Virus record (IMG/VR): IMGVR_UViG_3300017985_000058
Coordinates: 1-34,944 of that record
Length of the DNA: 34,944 nt
DNA from: a virus
Lineage: Duplodnaviria > Caudoviricetes
Direction: 5' to 3' (one strand)
Shown here: positions 27,351-34,944 of the stretch, in pieces
Layout: each line of letters opens with the position of its first letter
How positions within the stretch are numbered: position 1 is the stretch's first letter
Notes under the pieces: model-generated
What the model was told of the DNA's origin: nothing
The model's database searches: none
Seen by the model: only the letters and a program-made list of their open reading frames with translations
Translations under genes and position numbers: made by a program

Positions 27351-28088
27351 GTGCCTACCAATTTCTATTTTCAATCAGGAGACATGCAGGGGACAACCTC
27401 TGAACAGCGTCTTATAGAGGATTTGATTATAGAATCAGTAAAAATATATGGCAACGACATATATTACTTACCCAGAACATTAGTAGCAGAAGACAGCCTA
27501 TTTGATGAGGACACACTCTCACAATTCACACAGGCATATCCATTAGAAATGTATTTAGAAAATCCTGAGGGCTTTGAAGGCGAAGGAGATTTATTTACAA
27601 AGTTTGGTATTGAAGTTAGAGATACTGCTACATTTTTACTTCCCAAAAGACGATGGGAACATCATGCAATTACAGCACCATATGCACCTACATTAGAAGA
27701 TAGGCCTGCTGAAGGTGACTTGTTATATTTCGCAAAAACAAAGTCCTTATTCGAGATTAAATATGTGGACTTTCAAAATCCTTTTTATCAATTAGGAAAA
27801 ATTTATTTGTTCCGTTTACAATGTGAGCTAATAGACTACAGCTCAGAAGTATTGGATACTGGTATTACGGAACTAGATGGCATCGAAGACGACTTCTCAG
27901 TAGATATGTTGAACTTTAAGTTACAACTAGAAGACGGCGGAGATATGTTACAAGAAGATAGTAGCATGTTGATATTAGAATCCTTCGGTGTTAAAACATT
28001 ACAGAACACAGATGAAAGTGAATTCATAACATTAGCTGAAGACATATTAGACTTTAGCGAGAAAAACCCATTCGGTGAGGTTATATAA
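27351..28088 (+). CDS. gp14: Neck protein gp14 (GTG start)
   Basis: N.YF, EQ.L..DLI.ES..IYG..YYLPR, KFG..V.D, RP.EGDL.YF, PFYQLGK and DFSE.NPFG. Confidence 0.93.
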   Translation: MPTNFYFQSGDMQGTTSEQRLIEDLIIESVKIYGNDIYYLPRTLVAEDSLFDEDTLSQFTQAYPLEMYLENPEGFEGEGDLFTKFGIEVRDTATFLLPKRRWEHHAITAPYAPTLEDRPAEGDLLYFAKTKSLFEIKYVDFQNPFYQLGKIYLFRLQCELIDYSSEVLDTGITELDGIEDDFSVDMLNFKLQLEDGGDMLQEDSSMLILESFGVKTLQNTDESEFITLAEDILDFSEKNPFGEVI

Positions 28089-28891
28089 TGTTTAAGAATC
28101 AATCATTTTATCATCAACACATTAAGAAGGCTATTATAGCTTTCGGAACTTTGTTTGCTAACATACAAATAGATAGAAAAAATTCTAGCGGAGATATAGT
28201 TCAAAGTTTACAAGTTCCATTAGCATATTCAACTAAACAAAAGTTCTTATCAAGAATAAGACAAATCCCAGATGCAACTACAAGAGGGGAAGTAGCAATC
28301 ACACTTCCTAGAATGGGATTTGAAATACAACAATTTTTATATGACCCTAGCAGAAAGGTATCACAAATACAAAGGAATAAAGCTATTGGTGTAGGCGACG
28401 ATGTAAACAAAGCAAGATCTGCTTTTGTTTCTACTCCATATAATATGAGCTTAAGTTTATATATATTTTGTAAACATCAAGAAGATGGATTACAAATTGT
28501 AGAACAGATATTGCCTCACTTTAACCCAGACTTTAATGTTACAATTAATGAATTACCTGAGTTAGGAGTCAAAAGAGATCTTAAAATAACATTAGATAGT
28601 ATTCAATATGACGATGAATACGATGGAGAGTATAGCGCAAGACAAAGTTTAATATGGACTCTTAATTTTACAATGAGAATAAACTTCTTCGGTGACGTAA
28701 GTAAATCTGAGATGATTAAAACAGTTATTACGCAGCTATATACAGAAGCAGATATGACAGACATTAGAGTAAAACAACTAATAAGGCCTAAAAATCCTAC
28801 TACGGATTTAGCAGACACAACACTTGGCCCAGCTGATACATATGAATTTATAGATGATATTATAGAATATTTTGAGGGAGATACAGACTAA
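28088..28891 (+). CDS. gp15: Tail sheath stabiliser/terminator gp15
   Basis: FYH..I.K.I.AFG.LF, VPLAY..KQKFL, TLPRM.FE and QIVEQILP.F.P. Confidence 0.93.
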   Translation: MFKNQSFYHQHIKKAIIAFGTLFANIQIDRKNSSGDIVQSLQVPLAYSTKQKFLSRIRQIPDATTRGEVAITLPRMGFEIQQFLYDPSRKVSQIQRNKAIGVGDDVNKARSAFVSTPYNMSLSLYIFCKHQEDGLQIVEQILPHFNPDFNVTINELPELGVKRDLKITLDSIQYDDEYDGEYSARQSLIWTLNFTMRINFFGDVSKSEMIKTVITQLYTEADMTDIRVKQLIRPKNPTTDLADTTLGPADTYEFIDDIIEYFEGDTD

Positions 28892-29331
28892 TGCCAAAGA
28901 ATCCATTCGACGAACTAGACAAAAAGTTTAAAACATCTCCTACAACAGCTTTAGATAAAACATTTGAAGTAGTTAAAAAAGAGAAAAATTTACCTGACTT
29001 GCCACCTGAAATAGAAGCAGACAAAGACTTTCAGGAAGCAAGAAACATTTTAAAACGTGCTAACGTTTACGCTGAGGATGCTATACAAGGCATCCTCAAC
29101 ATTGCTAAAAATAGCGACCAACCTCGTGCATATGAAGTGGCAGCAACATTAATTAAAACATTACAAGACGGTGCTAAAGATCAAATTGAAATACGAGAAA
29201 AACAAAAAAGAGTTAAAGGTGAAACTGATAAGAAAGCAGCAGTAACTAATAACAATTTATTTGTTGGTTCTACAAAAGATTTACTCAATGCAATTAAGGG
29301 TAAAGACGTAGATCCGAAAAAAATTAACTAA
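28891..29331 (+). CDS. gp16: Terminase small subunit gp16
   Basis: D....R, A..SD.PRAYEV.A.LIK and NNNLFVGST.DL. Confidence 0.9.
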   Translation: MPKNPFDELDKKFKTSPTTALDKTFEVVKKEKNLPDLPPEIEADKDFQEARNILKRANVYAEDAIQGILNIAKNSDQPRAYEVAATLIKTLQDGAKDQIEIREKQKRVKGETDKKAAVTNNNLFVGSTKDLLNAIKGKDVDPKKIN

Positions 29332-29344
29332 TAAATAATATAGT

Positions 29345-31021
29345 ATGAACAAAGATGAGAACATAAAGGTATCCTACCACGGCAATCCTAACCTAAAACC
29401 TTTAGGTTACCAACATGATTTTACTAAAAAACAATTAAAAGAATATGTTAAATGTTCTGAAGATCCTATATATTTTATAGAACATTATTGTTGGATTGTT
29501 ACACTAGACTCAGGTTTACAACAATTTAAACTATACGATTGTCAAAGAGAAAAAGTAGATATTATATTAAATAATCGTAAAGTTATTCTCATGGAAGGTA
29601 GACAGCAAGGTAAAACAGTTACAGCTGCTGCCTGTATTTTGTGGTATAGTATATTTAATAGTGATAAAACAGTAGCTATTATGGCTAACAAATCCTCAGC
29701 AGCTAGAGAAGTTTTAGCACGTTATCAGACAATGTATGAAAACTTACCTATATGGATGCAACAAGGAGTTAAAACTTGGAACAAAGGTGACGTAGAATTA
29801 GAAAATAATAGTAAGGTATTTTCTTCTGCTACCACAACATCTGCCATTAGGGGTAAGTCTGTAAACTGGCTATATATTGATGAGGCTGCTATTATTCCAA
29901 ACAATGTAGCAGATGAATTTTTCGCATCAGTATATCCGACAATTTCTGCTGGTGAAACTACAAAAATTCTACTTACATCTACGCCACTAGGATATAATCA
30001 CTTTTGGAAGTTTTGGAATGAGTCTGAAAAAGGAGTTAATGGATTTGTAAATCACTTTATTCATTATTCAGAAATTCCAGGAAGAGATGAAAAGTGGGCA
30101 CAATCACAATTAGACTTACTTGGAGAATTAAAATATAACCAAGAGGTTTTATGTGAATTCTTAGGTTCATCTAATACATTAATTAGTGCTAAAACAATAG
30201 GTATGATGTCTAGTGTAGACCCTATATACAGTAATGATGGCTTAGATATATACGAAAATCCTAAAGAAGATAATTACTATGCTATAACAATAGACACATC
30301 AAGAGGTATAGGTGGAGACTATAGCGCATTTATTGTATATGATATAACAGAAATGCCTTATAAAATAGTAGCTAAGTATAGACATAACAAAATGCCACCA
30401 CTATTATTTCCTAATGTAATATCAAAAGTAGGAAACGATTACAACACAGCATTCTTATTATTAGAAACAAACGATTTAGGACAACAAGTAGTAGACATAT
30501 TACACGAAGAAATAGAATACGACAACATATTTAGCACAGTTACAGAAAAACAACGACAGTATATTTCACCGGGTTTCGGCAGAAGCACAAGACTGGGTGT
30601 TAATACTTCGAGAGCAGTTAAAAAGCAAGGCTGTTTTAACTTTAAATCATTGATAGAAGAACAGAAATTATTATGTTTTGACGCAGACACAATACAAGAG
30701 ATGTCGACGTTTACAGAAAAAGGTAACACATATCAAGCTGATGAAGGATATCACGATGACTTGATGATGTGTAATGTATTGTTTGGTTGGCTTTCGACAC
30801 AAGCTTTCTTTAAGGAACTAACAGATGTTGCAACAAGAGAGCAGTTATATAACAAGAAAGCAGAAAGTATAAATAATACATTAACGCCCTTTTTACACAG
30901 GCGTTCCAATGATACCACTGAAACGTGGGTTGCAGATGGTGACTATTGGATATTAGACGATGAATATGACAAAAATAGGAAGGATATAGCGCGAAAAATG
31001 CGCGATCTGTCTACCTATTAA
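29345..31021 (+). CDS. gp17: Terminase large subunit gp17, uninterrupted
   Basis: Y.GNPNLK, Walker A GRQQGKT, Walker B YIDE, TSTP.G.NHF, and nuclease D.SRG.G.DYS and HDDL.M. Confidence 0.96.
   Translation: MNKDENIKVSYHGNPNLKPLGYQHDFTKKQLKEYVKCSEDPIYFIEHYCWIVTLDSGLQQFKLYDCQREKVDIILNNRKVILMEGRQQGKTVTAAACILWYSIFNSDKTVAIMANKSSAAREVLARYQTMYENLPIWMQQGVKTWNKGDVELENNSKVFSSATTTSAIRGKSVNWLYIDEAAIIPNNVADEFFASVYPTISAGETTKILLTSTPLGYNHFWKFWNESEKGVNGFVNHFIHYSEIPGRDEKWAQSQLDLLGELKYNQEVLCEFLGSSNTLISAKTIGMMSSVDPIYSNDGLDIYENPKEDNYYAITIDTSRGIGGDYSAFIVYDITEMPYKIVAKYRHNKMPPLLFPNVISKVGNDYNTAFLLLETNDLGQQVVDILHEEIEYDNIFSTVTEKQRQYISPGFGRSTRLGVNTSRAVKKQGCFNFKSLIEEQKLLCFDADTIQEMSTFTEKGNTYQADEGYHDDLMMCNVLFGWLSTQAFFKELTDVATREQLYNKKAESINNTLTPFLHRRSNDTTETWVADGDYWILDDEYDKNRKDIARKMRDLSTY
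30868..30875 (+). promoter_or_regulatory. Possible late promoter TATAAATA in the 3' end of gp17
   Basis: Exact consensus about 230 nt upstream of gp18. Confidence 0.4.
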
Positions 31022-31040
31022 AAACATAAATTTTTATTTT

Positions 31041-31048
31041 TATAAATA
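31041..31048 (+). promoter_or_regulatory. T4-type late promoter for gp18
   Basis: Intergenic TATAAATA followed by a GAGGAG RBS. Confidence 0.85.
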
Positions 31049-31101
31049 ACAGAATGAAACATAACTTGTGTCATTCATTTTAATAAACCGAGGAGATAAA
31101 T

Positions 31102-32769
31102 ATGGCTTTTCAGCTATCACCAGGAGTTCTCGTTACTGAAAAGGACCTGACTACCGTAGTTCCTGCAGTTGCTTCTACTAGAGGCGGCATCGCAGGTTAC
31201 TTCAAATGGGGCCCTGTAGGCGAGATCCGAGAAATAGATTCAGAGAATAATCTCAAAAAAGTATTTGGAGTCCCCGACAATGATACTGCTGTAGACTTTA
31301 TGACAGCGGCTTCATTCTTGGCATATGGTTCTGCTCTACAGGTAGTAAGAGTAGTAGATCAAAGCTCCGCACTAAACGCTGGTGCAACTGCAGGTGTATT
31401 AATAACAAACGATGATGATTATGACAATAATCATTCAGATGGAAGCGGTTCTAATGGTATGTGGGCAGCTAAATGGGCAGGAACTTTAGGTAATTCACTT
31501 TTAGTTTCTTTCGCAGATAGCTCAGACTACGCCACATGGGCATACAAAGATAACTTTGGATATGCACCAAGTGTAACAACATCAGCATCCGCACAAGGTG
31601 GTTCTGTAGATGAACTTCACATTATCGTCATTGACGAAGATGGGGATTTCACAGGAACTGCTGGAACAATACTAGAAAAATTCGAAGGTGTTTCAAAAGC
31701 ATCTGACGCTGTTGATAGCGTTGGCGCTTCGAATTATTACAAAAACGTAATCAACACACAATCCGAGTATATTTGGTGGACAGACCACCCAGCATCAGAC
31801 TCAACATGGGGTCAAAAACAGAGCACAACATTTACTTCTGCTCATACATCGAGCGAATCTACTGTTTCTTTAGCAAACGGTGCAGATGCAGCTCCTGCTG
31901 ACGGTGACAAACAAAACGGATATGCTTTATTTGCTAACGACGAGTTAGTTGATGTATCATTATTAATGGCATCAGGACACTCACAAACCGTTGGTAAATG
32001 GATTCAAGATAACGTAGCAACAGTTAGAAAAGACTGTCTAGTATTCATTTCACCACAAAAATCAGCCGTTGTTAATAACGCTGGCTCAGAGGCAGCAGAC
32101 GTAGTAACAGACAGAAATACATATACAACAACATCTTATTCAGTATTTGATTCAGGATGGAAATATATGTATGATAGATATAACGATGTATTCAGATGGA
32201 TTCCATTGAACGGCGACATAGCAGGTCTTTGTGTAAACACAGACTTAACCGCAGATGCATGGTTCTCACCAGCAGGCTACAATAGAGGCCAAATTAAAAA
32301 TGCTATTAAATTAGCGTTTAGCCCTAAGAAGTCTGAAAGAGATACTTTATACCAAGCAGGTGTTAATCCAGTAGTAGGATTCCCAGGAGCAGGTATTGTA
32401 TTATTTGGTGATAAAACTATGTTACAAAAACCTTCAGCATTTGACAGAATTAATGTCAGAAGATTGTTTATTGTATTAGAAAAAGCGATTGCTACAGCAG
32501 CTAAGTTTTCAATGTTTGAATTCAATGATGAGTTCACAAGAGCACAATTTACATCTATTATAGAACCTTTCTTAAGAGATGTAAAAGGGCGCAGAGGCTT
32601 ATATGACTTTAAAGTGGTTTGTAATGAAAGCAACAACACAGATCAAGTAATTGATTCTAATAGTTTTGTAGCTGACATTTTCTTAAAACCAACTAAGTCT
32701 ATTAACTTTGTTCAATTAAACTTTATAGCAACCAGAACAGGCGTAAGCTTTGAAGAAGTTGGTGGCTAA
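31102..32769 (+). CDS. gp18: Tail sheath protein gp18
   Basis: LSPGV...E.DLT, F.WGP, WFSPAG.NRG, GDKT, AFDRINVRRLF and I..KP..SINF..LNF.A.R.G..F.E. Confidence 0.96.
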   Translation: MAFQLSPGVLVTEKDLTTVVPAVASTRGGIAGYFKWGPVGEIREIDSENNLKKVFGVPDNDTAVDFMTAASFLAYGSALQVVRVVDQSSALNAGATAGVLITNDDDYDNNHSDGSGSNGMWAAKWAGTLGNSLLVSFADSSDYATWAYKDNFGYAPSVTTSASAQGGSVDELHIIVIDEDGDFTGTAGTILEKFEGVSKASDAVDSVGASNYYKNVINTQSEYIWWTDHPASDSTWGQKQSTTFTSAHTSSESTVSLANGADAAPADGDKQNGYALFANDELVDVSLLMASGHSQTVGKWIQDNVATVRKDCLVFISPQKSAVVNNAGSEAADVVTDRNTYTTTSYSVFDSGWKYMYDRYNDVFRWIPLNGDIAGLCVNTDLTADAWFSPAGYNRGQIKNAIKLAFSPKKSERDTLYQAGVNPVVGFPGAGIVLFGDKTMLQKPSAFDRINVRRLFIVLEKAIATAAKFSMFEFNDEFTRAQFTSIIEPFLRDVKGRRGLYDFKVVCNESNNTDQVIDSNSFVADIFLKPTKSINFVQLNFIATRTGVSFEEVGG

Positions 32770-32773
32770 CCTT

Positions 32774-32781
32774 TATAAATA
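32774..32781 (+). promoter_or_regulatory. T4-type late promoter for gp19
   Basis: Intergenic TATAAATA followed by a GAGGAG RBS. Confidence 0.8.
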
Positions 32782-32796
32782 TTTGAGGAGAAACAA

Positions 32797-33315
32797 ATGG
32801 ACATAGATCAATTTAAAGGTAGACTCGGCGCAGGTGGAGCACGTCCCAATCAGTTTAAGGTAAAATTAGCTTTCCCTTCATACGTTGGTAACGTGGACCC
32901 ATCATATTCGCTTTTAGTATCAGGAGCAGCACTTCCAGCTTCAACAGTAAACCCAGCCATTATACAATATAGGGGTAGGGAAGTTAAGTTAGCAGGAGAA
33001 AGAATCTTCGATCCGTGGACAATCACAGTAGTTAATGACACTGGATTTTCACTTAGAAGACCTTTCGAAGCTTGGATGGAAGGCATGAACGGAAAACTAG
33101 ATAACGAAGGTATTTTAAATCCTAGCGATTATCAAGTTAATGTAGAAGTAGAACATCTTGACAGAAATGACGAGGTATTGCCAGGCGGTAGATATCAGTT
33201 ACAAGGTGCGTTTCCAATTCAGATGTCTGAAATTGGACTACAATATGCTCAGAACGATATCATTGAAGAGTTTACAGTAACATTTCAATATCAAGCTTAC
33301 ACAGTCGTTAACTAA
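32797..33315 (+). CDS. gp19: Tail tube protein gp19
   Basis: GGARPN.F.V, LPAS, RGR..K.AG.R.F..WT.TV.ND and IEEF.VTF.Y. Confidence 0.95.
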   Translation: MDIDQFKGRLGAGGARPNQFKVKLAFPSYVGNVDPSYSLLVSGAALPASTVNPAIIQYRGREVKLAGERIFDPWTITVVNDTGFSLRRPFEAWMEGMNGKLDNEGILNPSDYQVNVEVEHLDRNDEVLPGGRYQLQGAFPIQMSEIGLQYAQNDIIEEFTVTFQYQAYTVVN

Positions 33316-33333
33316 GTAGGCAGGTAATAAATT

Positions 33334-34902
33334 ATGCAGATTTTTGGGTTTAACATAACTCGGACCGAGAAGCCACAGACGGAAAAATCGTTTGTGGCTC
33401 CAACCGACGATGGGTCCGTCGAAAGTATTAGAGCAGGTGGCTATTACGGCACCTACTTAGATTTAGAAGGCGTAGCATCGTCCGAAGCAGAGTTAATTAA
33501 AAGATATAGAGATATATCAATGCACGCTGATGTAGATTCAGCCATTGAGGATATCTGTAACGATAGTATATCTAATCTCGAGGATGAAGAACCCGTAAAA
33601 TTAAATCTTGATAGAGTGGAAATGAGTCCAGCTGTCAAGAAACAAATTCACAAAGAATTTGAGAATATAGTCGAGCTCTTAGATTTTAGATCAAGAGCTC
33701 AAGACTATTTTAGACGTTGGTATATTGATGGAAGAATATTTTTCCACAAAGTTATCGACACAGAAAAACCTAGGGACGGTATTAAAGATATTAGATACAT
33801 AGACCCTAGAAAGATTACTAAAGTTAGGGAAGTTAAAAAGGAAAAGAATCCGCAGAGCGGGGTTAACTTCATTAAGAAGGTAGAAGAATACTTTTTATAT
33901 AACGATAAAGGACTATCTTCAAAACCAGGACAATATAAAGCGGGCGAACAATCGCAAGCACTTAAAGTAACTAAGGATGCTATTGTATTTGCTCCAAGTG
34001 GGCTAATAGATCAAGATAAAAATATACCTTTATCTTACTTACATAAAGCTATTAGACCTGCAAACCAACTTCGTATGATGGAAAATGCTGTAGTTATATA
34101 CAGAATAACAAGAGCACCGGAACGAAGAATATTTTATGTTGATGTAGGTAATTTGCCAGCAATTAAAGCAGAGCAATACCTAAAAGACATTATGGACAGG
34201 TATAGAAATAAACTTGTTTATGATGCTTCAACAGGAGAAATAAGAGACGACAAAAAGTTTATGTCTATGTTGGAGGACTTTTGGCTCCCACGTAGAGAAG
34301 GTGGAACAGGAACACAAATAGATACCTTGCCAGCTGGGCAAAATCTAGGACAGATTGAAGACGTAGAATACTTCCAAAAGAAATTATATCAAGCATTAAA
34401 TGTTCCAATTTCCAGACTTCAAGAGCAAGGCGGATTAAATTTCGGTCGTGCAGCAGAAATAAATAGAGATGAATTAAAGTTTACTAAGTTTATTTCTAAG
34501 TTAAGAAAAAGATTTAGCGTCATGTTTGACGATCTGTTACGAACACAATTACTTTTAAAGGGTGTTATAACAGAAGATGATTGGAAACACATGAAGGATG
34601 ATTTACTTTATGAGTTTGCATCAGATGCTTACTATACAGAGTCTAAGGATCAAGAAATCCTAAGAAGTAGAATAGAAGTATTAAACGGCGTATCCGCATT
34701 TATAGGAACGCTTTTCAGTAAGAGGTATGTCCAGAAGGAAATCCTAAGACTGACTGATGATGAGATTGATGAAATGGAAAATGAAATTGCACTAGAACCG
34801 CAATTACAAAGACAATATCAATGGAGTCCATTCAGTCCAGTTGACGGTGGTGATCCTGAGGGACAACCACAAGAAGGTGAACAAGGAGTAGAAAATGGAT
34901 AG
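33334..34902 (+). CDS. gp20: Portal vertex protein gp20
   Basis: FRRWY.DGR, SYLHKAI.P.NQLR..E.A.VIYR..RAPERRIFY.DVGN.P..KAEQY and EDFWLPRREG..GT.I.TLP. Confidence 0.97.
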   Translation: MQIFGFNITRTEKPQTEKSFVAPTDDGSVESIRAGGYYGTYLDLEGVASSEAELIKRYRDISMHADVDSAIEDICNDSISNLEDEEPVKLNLDRVEMSPAVKKQIHKEFENIVELLDFRSRAQDYFRRWYIDGRIFFHKVIDTEKPRDGIKDIRYIDPRKITKVREVKKEKNPQSGVNFIKKVEEYFLYNDKGLSSKPGQYKAGEQSQALKVTKDAIVFAPSGLIDQDKNIPLSYLHKAIRPANQLRMMENAVVIYRITRAPERRIFYVDVGNLPAIKAEQYLKDIMDRYRNKLVYDASTGEIRDDKKFMSMLEDFWLPRREGGTGTQIDTLPAGQNLGQIEDVEYFQKKLYQALNVPISRLQEQGGLNFGRAAEINRDELKFTKFISKLRKRFSVMFDDLLRTQLLLKGVITEDDWKHMKDDLLYEFASDAYYTESKDQEILRSRIEVLNGVSAFIGTLFSKRYVQKEILRLTDDEIDEMENEIALEPQLQRQYQWSPFSPVDGGDPEGQPQEGEQGVENG

Positions 34903-34944
34903 AACTGAAACTATTAAACAAATGATGGACGACATAGCCGCAGG
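34895..34944 (+). CDS. Start of the next gene (MDRTETIKQMMDDIAA...), positionally a prohead core protein (gp67-like), truncated by the window edge
   Basis: AAGGAG RBS and an ATG overlapping the end of gp20. The product call rests on synteny only. Confidence 0.55.
   Translation, partial: MDRTETIKQMMDDIAA

Noticed and set aside
2612-33638. Many short antisense or nested ORFs in the track (e.g. 3894-4244, 11590-11964, 14478-14933, 23240-23731, 32277-32639)
   Set aside because: They lie almost entirely within well-supported genes and show no recognisable motifs, as expected from codon bias.
29345-34902. Inteins, introns or homing endonucleases in gp17-gp20
   Set aside because: The ORFs are continuous and of ordinary length, with no splicing or endonuclease motifs.
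1-34944. Alternative genetic code, tRNA or rRNA genes
   Set aside because: Conserved genes translate fully under code 11 with TAA, TAG and TGA all used as stops. Intergenic gaps are short and show no cloverleaf.

Overview
This is an AT-rich, densely coded segment of a T4-like myovirus genome. Its gene order resembles marine cyanophage/pelagiphage-type Tevenvirinae relatives, but the host cannot be determined from the sequence. It runs from baseplate genes (gp6, gp7, gp8 and a 2042-aa DUF4815/VrlC-like protein) through a fibre region to gp13-gp20 (neck, tail terminator, terminase, sheath, tube, portal), with T4-type TATAAATA late promoters. No T4 gp9-gp12 or wac is recognisable. In their place are (i) a 440-aa protein with a mirror-symmetric YxGx array (9-5-4 | 4-5-9 units), (ii) a two-armed convergent enzyme island (5 GT-A glycosyltransferases, a 2OG-Fe(II) oxygenase, IscA, a methyltransferase-like protein, a degenerate GT/radical-SAM/SPASM fusion and an unannotated 43-aa zinc finger), and (iii) a series of fibre modules with recurring matched N- and C-terminal motifs. 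The best candidate for a new system is a phage-encoded virion decoration pathway acting on low-complexity substrates (the YxG needle and a 22-Pro stalk) displayed on a plug-and-socket fibre chain. All family calls come from motif recognition by eye, not database searches.
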